From the NCBI RefSeq assembly GCF_009914755.1, contig NC_060926.1: a stretch of 64,000 bases of DNA. One strand, 5' to 3'. Both the position numbers and the translations under genes were made by a program. Under the pieces are notes generated by a model, which worked only from the letters and a program-made list of their open reading frames with translations, was not told the DNA's origin and made no database searches. This stretch comes from the human T2T-CHM13v2.0 reference genome, Homo sapiens. Shown piece by piece: positions 13,660 to 30,940 of this stretch (within the stretch, counting starts at the first letter, position 1; the number at the start of each line of letters is the position of its first letter).

Positions 13660-14058
13660 TATAAAAAAAGAAAAAAATATAAGTCCTAGAGCTGTAACAT
13701 ATAATATTTGGTATAAAAAACTCTGTAGATTATCTTAATAGCAGATTAATCACTGAGGAAGAAATGATTAGTGAATTTGATGACATAGCAATAGAAACAC
13801 TAAAACTAAAAGGAAAAATAACTGAGGAAAACATTTAAACTAAAATTACTGATCTGTGGGTCATTTTAGAGTATTCTAAAGTAAGTGGTATTGGAGTCTC
13901 AAAATGAAGATCAGAAAAATATTGAAGAAATAATAACAGAAAATTGTCCAAAAATTGATGTTAACAATATAAATTCAAAGTTCTAACCCCCCATTACTGA
14001 CCTCAAGAAAGATAAACACAATTAAAATCATGCCAAGGCCAAATGTTGTAACCAAATA

Positions 14059-16614
14059 TAGGCATACCCTAGAGATGTTGCAAGTTTGGTTTCAGACCAC
14101 TGCAAATGTGTATCACAATAAAGCAATTCACATGAATTTTTTTGTTTTTGGTTTCTCAGTGAATATAAAAGTTATGTTTAAAATATACTGTATTCTATTA
14201 AGTGTGCAAAAGCAATATGTCTGAAAATATACATATCTTAATTGAAAATGCTTTATTGCTAAAAAAGGCTAATGATCATCTAAGTCTTCAGCAAGTCATA
14301 ACCTTTTTGCTGGTGGAGGGTCTTGCCTGGATGTTGATGGTTGCTAACTAATTGGGTAGTGGTTGCTTAAGGTTAGGGTGGCTATGGCAATTTTCTTAAG
14401 ATAACAATGAAGTTTACCACATCAATTGACTCTTCCTTTCCTAAGAGATTTCTCCATAGCATGTGCAATGCTGTTTAACAGGATTTTACCCAGAGTAGAT
14501 TTCTTTCAAAATTGGAGTCAATCCTTGCAGACTCTGCTGCTGTTTTATCAACAAAGTTTATGACATATTCTAAATCATTTGTCTCCTCTACACTGTTCAT
14601 GGCATCTTCACCAGAAGTAGGACTCATCTTTAAAATCCACTTTTTTTTTGGTTCCTTCATAGCAAGCAACTCCTCATCCACTCAAGTTTTATCATGAGAT
14701 TGGAGGGATTCAGTCACATCTTCAGACTTCACTCCTGATTTGAATTATCTTGGTATTTCTACCACATCTGCAATTACTTTCTTCTATGAAGTCTTAAACC
14801 CCTAAAAGTCATCCATTAGGATAGGAATCAACTTCTTCCAAACTCCTGTTGATGTTGATATATGGACCCCCTCCCATGAATCACAAGTGGTTTTAATAAC
14901 ATCCTTGATCCATGAGTTGCAGAGTAGATGTAGTACTACTATCAGGCATGAAATAAACATTAACTTCTTGTTAATGCTTGTTAATGTTTCTGTCAGAGGT
15001 CTTGAGTGACTAAGTGCATTGTCAAAATTGAAAGGAATCTGTTTTTCTGAGCAGTAGATCTCAACCATGGGCTTAAAATATCCCACAAACCATGCTATAA
15101 ACAGAAGTGTTGTAGTCCAGGTTTTGTTGTTCCATTTATAGAGGACATGGAGAGTAGATTAAGCATCATTCTGAAGGGCCCTGGGATTTTTAGGGCAGAA
15201 ATGAGCATTGGCTTCAATTTAAAGTCACCAGTTGAAATAGCCCCTAACAAGCAAGTCAGGCTGCCTTTTGAAGCTTTGAAGCCAGGAATTGACTTCTCCT
15301 CTGCAGCTCTGAAAGTACCAGATGGCATCTTCTTCTAATAGAAGTCTCTTTTGCCTATATTAAAAATTTGTTGTTTAGTGTAGTCAACTAATGATCCCAG
15401 TTAGATTTTCTGGATAACTTGCTGCAGCATCTACGGCAGCACTTGCTGCTTCACCTTGTACTTTTATGTTATAAAGGTGGCTTCTTTGGCCAGGTGTGGT
15501 GCTCATGCCTATAATCCCAGCACTTTGGGAGGCCGAGGCAGGCAGATCACCTGAGGTCAGGAGTTCGAGACCAGCCTGACCAACATGGAGAAACCCCATC
15601 TCCACTAAAAATACAAAAGTAGCCAGGCATGGTGGCACATGCCTGTAATCGCAGCTACTTGGGAGGCTGAAGCAAGAGAATCGCTTGAACCCGGGAGGCG
15701 GAGGTTTCAGTGAGCTGAGATCACGACATTGCACTCCAGCCTGGGCAAGAATAGCAAAACTGTGTCTCAAAAAAAAAAAGGTGGCTTCTTTCCTTAAACC
15801 CCATGAACCAACCTCTGCTGGCTTTACACTTTTCTTTTGCAGCTCTCACCTCTCACAGCCTTTGTAGAACTGAAGAGAGTTAGGGCCTTGCTCTGGATTA
15901 GGTTTTGGCTTAAGAGAATATTGTGGCTGGTTTGGTCTTCTAACCAGACCATTCAAACTTTCTACATATCAGTAATAAGGTTGCATCACCCTCATAATTT
16001 GCATATTCACTAGAGGAGCACTTTTAATTTCCTTCAAGAACTTTTCCTTTCCATTCACAACTTGGCCAACAGTTTGGCACAAGAGGCCTAGCTTTACGCC
16101 TATTTGGGCTTTTGACATGTCTTCCTCACTAAACTAAATCAGTTTCAAGTTCAAGGGAGAGATATGTGACTCTTCCTTTCACTTGAATACTTAGCGATTA
16201 TTATAGGATAACTGACATGATTTCAATATTGTGTTTCAGGGAATGGGGAGGCCTGAGGAGAAAAAACAGGGATGAGGAAATGACAAGTTGGTGACGCACT
16301 AGTTGAATACGTACATCTATTAAGTTTGCTGTCTTATATAGCTGTGGTTAGTGGCGTGCCCAAACAATTATAATGGTAACATTAGACATCACCAATCACA
16401 CATCATCATAATAGATATAATAACAACTTTAAAGTTTGAAATATTGCAGGAATTACCGAAATGTGTCATAGAGATACAAAGTAATTACATGCTGTTAGAA
16501 AAATGGTGCCCACAGACTTGCTGGATGCAGAGTTGATACAAACATTCCATTTGTAAGAAACATAATATCAGTAAAGTGCAATAAAGCAAAGCACAATAAA
16601 ATAAGGTATACCTG
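14059..16614 (-). mobile_element. Tigger1 DNA transposon, near full length, decayed transposase
   Basis: TIRs (T)AGGCATACC / GGTATACCTG with TA flanks. Minus-strand ORF fragments match Tigger1/TIGD1-type transposase (EEKSIPGFKASK..LLGA..GDFKLKP; GVWKKLIP.LMDDF; DKTAA..RIDSNFER). Confidence 0.92.
15488..15776 (+). mobile_element. AluSp nested in Tigger1
   Basis: CTGACCAACATGGAGAAACCCC diagnostic. 15-bp TSD AAAGGTGGCTTCTTT at 15473-15487 and 15777-15791. Confidence 0.92.
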
Positions 16615-17183
16615 TAGTTATAAGCCGGTGAAATAAGAAGACCTTAAATAAAACAGCTAGAATTAAAAACACATTAATTACATGGCATCAAAGGTAAAAA
16701 TAAGAACTACATTTTCATCAGAAGCAATGCAAGATAGGAACAATCAAACAACACTTTAAGTGAGAAACAGGATAAAACTGTCAAACTAAAATTCAATATC
16801 CAGCAAAAATATTCTTAAAAATTAAGTTTAAATAAAGAAGTCGTTTTCAGTCAAAAAGAGTAAGAGATCATTTATCACCAACAAACCTGAAGCACAGTCA
16901 TGTTAAAGAAAGTTCTTTAGGTCAAAGTCATCATAATAATAATATCAGTTAGAAATTCAAATCTACACAAATAAATGAGAAGGACTGGAAAGAACAATGT
17001 GAGAAACTATTAAATGCTTTTTTCTCATTTCTTATTTATTTAAAACATAATTTACCATTTAATGCAAAAATACTACAGTATTTTGGAAATTACAGATAGG
17101 TATATTTAAGCTTTATGACAGTAACAAGACAAAGAACAGTACAGAAAAATATAAAAATATTGTTAGAATGCATCTATAGAATA

Positions 17184-17488
17184 CTTGAATTTCCCCCCTT
17201 ATTCATGGAGAATAAATTCCGAGACCCCCAGTGGATGCCAAAAACTTGAGGATAGAACCAAATGTTATATGCACCATGTTCTTTCCTATGCATACATACA
17301 TATCAGTAACATTTAATTTATTAGGTACAGTAAAAGATTAATAGCAATAACAAAATGAAATAGAATAATTTAAAAATATATTGTAATAAAAGTTATGTGA
17401 ATGTGATTTCTCTCTCTCAAAACATCTTATTGTACTGTTCTGCAGGTAACTGAAAACAGAAAAGCAAACTGCAAACGGGGGGCTGCTG
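17184..17488 (-). mobile_element. MER44A-like short MITE
   Basis: CCCCCCTTATTC..GACCCCCAGTGGATGCC..GGTAACTGAAA..GGGGGGCTGCTG+TA. Colinear with both ends of the 13008-13659 element. Confidence 0.85.
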
Positions 17489-19706
17489 TATACCTAATGT
17501 TATTTAAATGTAGGATTTAGCAAGTTTCAAATGCATATTGTAAACCCCAGAATACTCACTTTTTAAAAAAATAAAACAGAGATACAGCTAAAAAGTTTTA
17601 GAAGATAAAATGAAGTATTAAAAAATATGTTAGTGTAAGCCAAAAGAAGGTTGAAAAAGAGAAGAAAAGAACAAAGAACAGATTAAACAAATTGCAAACC
17701 ACAGTGAAGCAGTAAAGTAGTAGACCTAAACCCAACTACATCAATAATTCACTAAGTTTAATGGTTTGGCACTATAATTAAAATACAAGTATTAAGGGAT
17801 CAGATAACCAAAGCTAAATTAAACTATATGCTATGTACAAGAAATAGATATTAACTATAAGAACAGGGATAGAACAAAATTTCAAAGACAGTAAAGGTAT
17901 ACCAAGCAGTCACCACTCTAAAGAAAGATCGTGTTCCTATATTAATACCAGATAAAGTAGACCATGTTTAAGGAATAGTTGAGGCATAAAAAGGGATGTT
18001 TTTAAGTGATCAATTCATAAAAAGATATAAGAATCCTACATATGTATGCAATTGTACCAGAGCTTGAAAATATATGAAACAACAGTCACAGAACTACAAC
18101 AAGAAATCACAAATCCACAATCATAATTGACAAGTTTCATGCCCCTCCCTGAGTTTAACAGAATAAGTCGATGGCTAATCTATCAATTTACATGAATTGA
18201 TTGACATTTATAAAGCATGACACACAACAGCAAATATACATTCTGCTCAAACATAAATGGATTATTCATTCAAATATACTATATACTGCGTCATAAAAGA
18301 AGAATCAACAAGTATTAAGGATGGAAAATTTGTTATCTGACTATAAGAAAATTAAAATGGAATTCAATTTTATAAACAAACTGGAAACCACAATTATTTG
18401 GAAAAACATATTTTTAAATAACTCAAGAAGAAATCACAAGGGAACCTTAAAAATATTGTGAACTAAAAAAATAACATATCAAAATGCACCAGATGCAGCT
18501 AAAGTAGTTTATAAGAGGAAATTTTTTAGCTTAAAGTGTTTATATTCGAAAACAGAAAAAATCTAAATTGAAAAATCTGGACCTTCCTTATTACAAAAAA
18601 GAAAATATTAAACCCAAATTAAGTAGAAGAAAAAAATAAAATTGAGAGTAAAAATCAAGAAAGTGGAAAATATGTAAACAATAAAAGATTAATAAAATCC
18701 AAAGCTGTCTTACTAAAAAGATTAATAACTTTGTTAGATGCTTAGCTAGAGTTATCAGGTTAAAAAAAAGACATATTTGCCAATATCAAGAATGAAAAAC
18801 GAAACAATACTAGAGACCCTACAAACACTAATGAGATACTATGGAGAAATTATAAAAGACTTTAGGCCAGAAAATGAAAATAACACATTGCTTGAAACAA
18901 AGAACACAAGAAGAAATAGAAAAGCTGAAGAGCTTTATGGATATTTGTGATTACAACCTTCTCACAAAATTCCAGGCTCAGATGGATTGACTGGTGATTT
19001 CTACAAAATACTTAAGGAATAATGCCATTTCTCCAGAAATTCTTTCTGAATACCAAGGAGGAAGCCATACTTCCTAGCTCATTTTATGAGGTCGCCATTA
19101 CTCAAATAATAACACCAGGCAAAATTATTATTTTAAAAAACTCTATATTTCCTGAATATAGACACAAAAACACCTAACATAATTCTAGTAAGTACAATCC
19201 AGAAATATTTCAAAAGGGTTATCTTAAAGCTGCAAAATTAGTTTAAAATTTGCATACTGATCAATATGCAGTATTTTGCTATTTTAATAAATAAAAAAGA
19301 TAAGATACATGCTTATTTCAATGGATACAAAAGAACATTTGACAATTTTAAACACTAATTTATAATAAAAACTCTCAGCAAATTTAGAAGGAAGCTTTCT
19401 CTGATAAAAGGTATATGTAAAAAAAGATAAAGCAATCATATTTACAATTGAAAGAATGAATATTTTCTCCAATATTTGGGAAAGGCAAGTTTGATTACCA
19501 CTTCTGTTGGCTTCACTACTGGAAGTCTTAGTTAATGAAATAAGCCAATAAAAGAAAAGGAACAAACATTAAATATAAAGAAGTAAAACAGTCTTCATCT
19601 AGAGATGGCATCATTATGCATGAGAACATCTTAAGGAATTTACAGAAAGGTTTCTAGAAGTAATAAATGAATTTAGTAAGGTTGTAAGATAGAAGGTAAA
19701 TATACA

Positions 19707-20043
<337 letters not shown>

Positions 20044-20699
20044 TTAATTGTATTTCTATATATAAGAAAAGGACACTTCAAAATTAGATTTTAAGGATTT
20101 CATTTTATCCTGTCTTCCAAATCATAAAATTATTAGGGATAAATTTAATAAAATGTGTTTAAGACCAGAGCTCTGAAAATGACAAAGCACTGTTGGGAGT
20201 AATTAGAAAATCTAAATATAATAGAGACTCATAATGTTTGTGAATTGGAAGCAAGACAATCCTTTTAAGGTATCAACTCTCACAAAATTGGTTTACCAAT
20301 TCTATACAGTTCTAATGAGAACCCATAAAAATCACAGAGACTATCTGATAAAAATCGACAAGCTAATTACAAAATTTATCTGAGGAATTTAAACAGAAAT
20401 GCAAAAAAACTAGAAAAGCCAAAACAATGTTGAAGAAAAAGAACAAATATGAAAAACCCATACCATTTGATTAGAAGCTTATTTTAATTAAATATTTTAC
20501 TTAATTGTAATTAATCTCAACCCTTTCCTCATATCATATACAGAAATTACCTCTAGAAAATAGATAATATCTTGATACCTCTAGATAATAGAACTAAGCA
20601 TAAACAAGTGAAATCTTTTAGAAGAGATCAGAGGAAAAAATCATTGCAATCTTGTGGTTGAAAAACACATTCTAAATACTTCCTAGATAAGACATTAGG

Positions 20700-20724
20700 A
20701 CACACACACACACACACATACACA
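20700..20724. repeat. (CA)n microsatellite
   Basis: Direct observation. Confidence 0.9.
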
Positions 20725-21989
20725 TTTGACCATTAAAAAATAATAAAATTAATTGGACTTCCACAAATTTCAACTACTGTGATTTGAAAAACACATTAGG
20801 AAAATGAATATACAAAAAACAGACTGGAAAATAATGTTTGCAATACATATATCTGATAAACAATTTGTATCAAAAATGTAAAAAAAATCTTTCATTTCAA
20901 CTGTAAGAAGACAATCAACATAAAAACGGGAAAAATGAGTTGATCAGAAACTTCACATACAAACATGCATGAATGGCCAATAAGCACATAAACGATGGTC
21001 AACATCATTAATAATCAAGGGAATGAAAACTGAAATCATAATTAGCTACCTCTACATACATATCACAATGGCTAATGTTAAAAAGGCTGACTAGTATTTG
21101 CTGGTGAGGATGTGGAATAACTGGAACTGGAATTCTCATATTGCTGGTGGTAGTGTAACATGGTATAATCACTTTGGAAAGCAATCTGATAACTTCAAAA
21201 TCATATACTTATTTTATGATCAGACAGTTCTATTCTTTAAATTGTTTACCTGAGAGAAATGGAACATATTTCTACAGAAAGACTTGTATATGAATAATCA
21301 TAGCAACTTTTTTCATAATATCTTAAACCTGGAAATAATACAAATGTCTATACACAGTTGAATGCATAAACCATTGTAGTATATCCATATAAGGGAATAC
21401 TATGCAGCAATAAAAGGACATATACTAAAGATAAACCTTATCATATTATGCTGCATGAAAGAAGCCAGATATGAAGGATTACAAACTGTAGAACTGCTTT
21501 TATATAAAATTCTAGAACAGGCAAAAATAATCTATAGAAGCTAAAAGCAGATTAGTGGTTGCCTGGTAACTGGGTTGGTATGTTGGGGTGGAGAAAGGAA
21601 TTGACTACAAATAGTCATGAGAGATTGTACTGGTGTTATGAGAGTATTCCGTATCTTAATTGTGATGGAGGTTATGCAAATGTACACATATAGCAAAACG
21701 CATCACACTGTTTATTGAAAATTCGTGCATTTTATTGTACATAAATTATATATCAATTGGTTGGATAATGTTAATTTTAATGATTTATAAACATCTAGCA
21801 TTCTGTTAAGTTTAGAAAGATATTTTTGCCTATAAGGAGCAAAATTTTTAGGAGACTTTAAGAAAAGAAGGCTACTGTAAATATACTTTGATTGGAATTT
21901 GAACCAGAACTGATTTGAAAATCTCTGAGACGGGAACAAAATTGAGGATTAAGGAAATATGGGGCAGGTAGGCAACTGAACTCAAACTC

Positions 21990-22130
21990 ACTGAGTTGTT
22001 TTACTCTGTCAGACTTCATGCTAAGAGTAGTTCATATGTTATCTTGCATACTTATCAAAACAATTTAAGATAAGCATTATTAAACTTTTTATGCAACATG
22101 CCCAAGTAACAAAGTTAAAAGTAAAGGTGT
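21990..22130 (-). mobile_element. MIR relic
   Basis: CTGAGTTGTTTTACTCTGTCAGAC..ATGCTAAG..ACATGCCCAAGTAACAAAG. Confidence 0.5.
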
Positions 22131-24401
22131 TGAAATACCAGCGTATGCCTATTTTTTTCCAAAGACATCATAGCTCTTTTCACTTAAGTAATAAAAAACA
22201 ATTGATGAGGCAGCATTCACTAAATTTGAAGGGGGTTATTTCTGGTCCATTTTTTAGAGGGATTTGTCTTAAAAGTGAATAACAACTTTTTCTACCTCCG
22301 ACAGCAATGTCAGAAACTGGATGTAAAGAAAGTACTTAACATTTTTGACATAAAAAATTTTAAATGAAAGGGAGTTGAGGAGACTTACTCTCTGTGATTA
22401 AATTCACCACCTGATTTTCAGTTTCTAGACTAAGGGACTTGAGGAGATCTCTTAAAATTTCCCCAATTACTAAACAAATTAGTGTGGCTAAATAATACTC
22501 CTACATTCACAGTCTCTCAAAATAACAAGTCCAAGATCGTGACCCTAATGAGAATCATCATTTTGTCTGGTGGTTTCTAGTGGTATTATGCAAGAGTCTG
22601 GATTGCTCTACATTTTTATAAATCATTCATACACAGTTTTATGAAGAAATACCAGTAGAATTTACTCCTTTGAAAATAGTAAAAAGTTGGAGAGAATAAT
22701 GCTATGAAGGAATAAAAGAATTCAAAAATTAGAAATACTGAAGATAGAACAATGAGAGATGAAAACGAAAACACAACCTAGTTGTAAACATGAAGTCCTT
22801 TATTTAAATTGAAAACCTGAGAGGCACTTGAACTTGGATAAATTACAGCTTATTTAGGGGAAGGCAATCAGAATGGCCAAATATTCAGAAAACACATTTT
22901 AGGAAAAACATTTGAAAAAGTTGAAAATGAGAAGGTTTTGTGGTTGCCCAAAGGTCTGATAGATGAAGACTTATTTTCATTTTGCGCAAGGATGATCAGT
23001 GCGTGAAGAGCGACGTATAATAGACATACTTGTCCACAAATGAAACAGACTGCTTCATAGAGGAATGAACTTTCTACCATTAGAAGTACAGGAGAAGACA
23101 AACATTTAGCTGGATTAACTGAGAAAAAAGTAAGAAATCCCAAATAAATAAAATCAAAGCTGAAAAAGGAGACAGTACAACTGACACTAGAGAAATACAA
23201 AGGATCATGAGAGAGACACTATTCTAAATAATTACATACTAACAAGTTAGAAAATCTAGCAGAAATAGATACATTCCTGGCCACATACAATCTACCAATA
23301 TGGAATTATTAAAAATAGAAAATCTCAACAGACCAATAATGAGTAAGGAGATTAAATAAGTAATAAAAAGTCTCCCACGGAAGTAACATACAAGACCTGA
23401 TGGCTTCACTGCTGAATTCTATCAAACATTTAAAGAATTAATACCAATTCTTCTCAAACTATCCCAAAATATTTAAGAGGAAGGAATTTTTCCAAACTCA
23501 TTCAATGAGGCCAGCATTACCCTGATACCAAAACCTGACCAGGACACACAAAAAAGAAAACACCTGGCCAATATCCTTGATGAACACAGATGCAAAAAAA
23601 TTCAGGAAACACTAGCAAACTAAATTCAGCAGCACATTTAAAAGATCATCCACCATGATCAAGTGGAATTCATCATAGGAATGCAAGGATGTTTCACACA
23701 TGGAAATCAATAAAAATGATCCATTACACTAACAGAGTGAAAGACAAAAACTATATGATCATTTCAGTAGATGTAGAAGAAGCATTTGATGAAATTCAAC
23801 ATCGCTTTATGATAAAAACTCTCAACAAATTAGTTTAGAAGGAATGTACCTCAATATAATCAAGGCCATATATGACAAACCCACAGCTAACATAATACTG
23901 AATGTGAAGTTGAAAGCTTTTACTTCAAGATGTGGAACAATACAAGGAGGCTTACATTTACCACTTCTATTTCACATAGTTCTGGAGGTCCTAGCCAAAG
24001 CAATTAAGCAAGAGAAAGAAACAAAAAACATCGAATTCAGAAAGAATGAATAGATTATCCCTGTTTGAAGAGAAGATGATCTTATACATACAAAACCCTA
24101 AAGACTATACCAAAAAATAATCTGTTAGAACTAATCAATGATTTCAGTAAAATTGCAGGATATAAAATTAACATACAAAAATCAGTAGTAGTTTTATATG
24201 CTAATAGCAAACTGTCTGAAAAGGAAATACAAAAAAATTGCATTTACAATAACTACAAAAAATTCCTAGGAATACATCTAACCAAGGAAGTAGAAGATCT
24301 CTACCATGAAAACTATAAAACACTTACAAAATGAAATTGAAGAAGATACAAATAAATGGACAGATATCTCATACTTATGAATTAGAAGAATTAATAGTGT
24401 T

Positions 24402-26888
<2,487 letters not shown>

Positions 26889-28375
26889 ATTAATAGTGTT
26901 AAAATGTTCACACTTGCCAAAGTGATCTACAGATTCAATGCCATCCTTATCATAATATCAAAGACATTCTTCACAGAAATAGAAAGACCAATTCTAATAT
27001 TTGTATGGAACCACAAAAACCTCAAATAGCCAAAGCAATATTGAGCAAAAGGAACAAAACTGGAGGCCTCACACTATCTTATTTGAAAATATACCATAAA
27101 GCTATCATAACCAAAACACCATAATTTGACACAAAAATAAACAGACCAATGGAACAGAATTGAGAGCCTAGAAAGAAATCCAGGAATTTATAATCAACTG
27201 ATATTAGCAAAGATGCCAAAACACATATTGAGAGAAAGACAGTCTTTTACATAAATGATGTGGTAATACTGAATATTCATATACAAAAGAAATTAAACCT
27301 TTACTCTCATCACATGCAAAAATCAACTCAAAATGAATTAAGCATTTAAATGTAAGATCCAAATCTACGAAACTACTAGAAGAAAGCATAGGGGAACTGC
27401 TTCGTGATGTTGGCATGGGCAAGAATTGTTGGATAAGACCTCAAAATCACAGGTAACAAAAGCAAAATTCAACAAATAAGATTACATCAAACTGAAAAGC
27501 TTCTGCACAGCAAAGAAACAGTCAGCAGAGGGAGAAGACAACCTACAAAATGGAAGAAAATATTTGCAAACTACCTGTATAACAAGGGATTAATATTTAA
27601 AATATATAAGGAACTCATAACTCAACAGCAAGAAAACAAATAAACCCATTTAAAAATGGGTAAAAGACTTGAATAGATACTTCTTAACAGAAGACATACC
27701 AGCTAACAGGTATATAAAAAATGTTCAACATTACTTATATAAGAGAAATGCAAATCAAAACCACAATGAATTATCACTTCACACTTGCTAGAATGGCTAC
27801 TATCAAAAAGTCAAAGATAACAAGTGTCAGTGAAAACGTGGAGAAAAGGAATCCCTTATACACTTTTGGTGGGAATGTAAATTGGTACAACCACTATAGA
27901 AAACAGTATGGAGCTTCCTCAAAATATTAAAAACAGAACTACCATATGATTCAGCAATCCCACTAAAGGGTATATATCCAAAGAACCTGAAATCCGGATG
28001 TTAAAGAAACATTTGCATTCATGTTTATCACAGCACTATTCATGATAATCAAGACATGGAATCAACCCAAGTAACTATCAACAAGAGAATAAAGAAAACG
28101 TGCCACACATACACAATGGAATACTCTTCACTCTGAAAAAATGATGAAATCCTATCATTTGTGACAACATGGATGAACTTAGAGAACATTATGTTAAGTG
28201 AAATAAGCCAGGCACAGAAAGGCCAAATACAACACGATATCTCTCATATGTGAAATCTAAAAAAGCTGATCTCATAGAAGACAGCGGAGTGGTATTTATC
28301 ACAGACTTGAGAAGGTAGGGAGGATGGGGAGATGTTGGTCAAAGGATATACAATTACATTTACATAGGAAGAGTT

Positions 28376-28650
28376 AAAAATGTCCAGAATAGTCAAACAT
28401 ATAGAAACAACAACTAGACAATTGGTTGCCTGGGGCTAGTGGGTGGGAGGGAGAGGCTAGAAGGTGGGGGAGAGAAACAGGAAATAAATAGTAATGGTTC
28501 TGGTGTTTCTTTATTGAATGATGAAAATGTTCTAAAGTTGATTGTGATGATGGTGGCACAACTTTGTAAACATACTAAAAACTATTGGATTGTACGTTTT
28601 AAATGTGTGAAGTATATAATATGTGAATTATATCTAAGTGAAGGTGTTTA
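28376..28650 (+). mobile_element. L1MB-type 3' UTR end
   Basis: AAATGTCCAGAATAG..TGGTTGCCTGGGGC..GATGAAAATGTTCTAAA..TGTGAATTATATCT. Confidence 0.85.
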
Positions 28651-28719
28651 GAAAGATAATTTTTTTCTGGAATAAAATAAACTTCGACTCATCCTCCTCA
28701 AAAGACACGTATAGGAGAA

Positions 28720-29450
28720 GATGATAAATGACAATCTTACAAGAGGAGTACAAATGAAGTTTAAGATGTTAGGTTAGATAACTTGAATTCTAGAGATCAA
28801 AGAGATGGCCACAATTTAGTTGTGACAGATGAAGAAGAGGAAATTCAAAGGTGGTTTCATGGCTTCTTGAGGAAGAAGTAAAAGGACAGAAAGAGGAAAG
28901 ACAAAAATAGAGGCAGATTTGGGGAGAAAGCCCAGTACATTCTATTTTATAATCAATTTTAAATTTATATTGTGATACCAGTGTTAGAACCAGTTGCAAA
29001 TATTTTGTTGATATTATTTGCAAATTCAGGGCTCTGTTTCATGAAAAGAAGGTGAAGGAGTTATTGTTTGGGAGCTTATTAGCCTAGAAATTGCTGCTGA
29101 AGAAAAGAGTATAAGTGATATCTTAAGGAGAGGGAATACAGTGAGGTAAAGAGGATAAGAGTAGCGCTTTGAGGAATGATTTATCACTTTTTTAGAGTCG
29201 GAAAACAGCAAAGAATCAGAGAAGGACCATTAAAAGGAGGAAAAATGTTGGATATTGCCAGCCTAGAGAAACCAAGAGAGAAGAGTATACCAAAGAGGCA
29301 GGGGTCATTAAAGATAGTTTAAAATACTACATAGAGGGCAAGACTAAAGAAGACTCAGAAAATTTCATTTTAACTTCACCATCAGAATTTGGAGATGAGA
29401 GATAATTTTCTGTGGTTTACAAATGTTAGTAAATGGGAGCAATGAGTGGG
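28720..29450 (-). mobile_element. L2 fragment
   Basis: Purine-rich reverse L2 pattern (GCAGATTTGGGGAG..TTCTATTTT; AAACCAAGAGAGAAGAG..TCATTTTAAC). Confidence 0.5.
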
Positions 29451-30940
29451 CATTTTTTTCAATGTATTTAATGGCAAAGGAAATAATAAGGAGATAGCAT
29501 GTTGATTGCAAAAATCAAGATGAAAGCAATTTTGTTTGGAAAATTAGATGCTTTTGCATATGTTTGTGTAGGCCGAAACAATTGGAAAAAATATTGAAGC
29601 TGCTAAAGGAAGAAGAGGTGTATTCTACAGCTCCTAGAGATACCAGACAGTAGGGACCATGAGGTGGTGGCCTTGGGGGTGTGGCCTTGGGGCCACGATG
29701 AGTTAGCCTTGGGGGCTAACTCTGTAATTCTTGGTTTCCAGATACGATGCATTAGTGATGAATTTCTAAATGTTACTAAGAGATCTAGATATACAATGCA
29801 CACCCAATCTAATTTAGTGCTTGATACATATTAACTATTAGTCTTAAAAACCTAAGTTTTTTTTTTTAAAGATGGAAACAGGAGAAAAGAGAAGGAAAGA
29901 TAAAGATACCAGAGAAAGTCTCAGAAAGTGAAGCATGGTGACAGATGGAGAAGAGGAAAGATTATGGAGGTTTTACCAGATGGCCTCTGCTTTTTCAGTA
30001 AAGTTGGAAGGAAGGTCATCTGTTTGGAGTAAGGATGGCGTGGTTGAGAATGAGGCATCACAAATGTAGAAAAAAATGTTAGAACATTTTTTTTCTTGAG
30101 AGAAAAAGATATACCATTCAGAGAGGAGTAAGATACTTAAGATCCTGAGGAATAAGATGTCTAAAAGTGAGGTAAGGGAACATGAGCTTATCCGACTCAT
30201 GGTAACTTTCTGATAAATCCATTAAGCCAAGCTTGGTTGCTTAGTAGTGAATGTGTACCCTACAAATGGTGGTTGAGTAACTCACTTTTGGGATTTGGCA
30301 TGATTTAAGGCCACTATAAAGGGTGATTCTAGTGTATTAGAGCACATGGAAGAGTCTTGGGCCTGGAGGAGGCTCATAAAACTGGTAGAGTGAAGAACTG
30401 GAATAATTGAGGCAAAGTTGGGGACAGGAGCTGTGATAAGGACAAAAATTAGATGCAGTAGAAGGAAAGAAATAGAACAGCTGGAAGGTAAAGTGGTTGT
30501 CATAGGAGAGAGGAGCTCTTCAATGGGGATTATTGAAGTTAGGTCAGTCTTAAGAGAAGGGGGTCCAAAGTAGTAGAAGTAGAGGGTTGGTTGAAGAGCA
30601 TTAATATCAATGATATATGAGTTGAAGGTACTAAGAAAATTTTGTAAAAGGTGTGAGTTTAGACATTAAGAAAGATTCTCAAATTATTGAGCTGATAGAT
30701 GAATTAAGGGAGAAAAAATATAATACAATAACAGCAGTAGAACTTCATGGAAGATGAAGTTAGTGGTTAGGTGATAGTTTCAAGGCTCTGAAGAGACCTT
30801 TAAAAGACAGAGAACACAAAATTTCATAACAAAGAGTCTCAAAAATTTCAGAACAAAGAACATTTACCTGGGATCTAATAAATCTGAGCTCAAAGCATGG
30901 CTCTGCCACTAAGTAAGTTAGATTTCCTAGAAAAAGGGAT

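Noticed and set aside
14475-15328. TIGD1-like peptides
   Set aside because: Frameshifted, Alu-interrupted Tigger1 fossil, not a domesticated gene.
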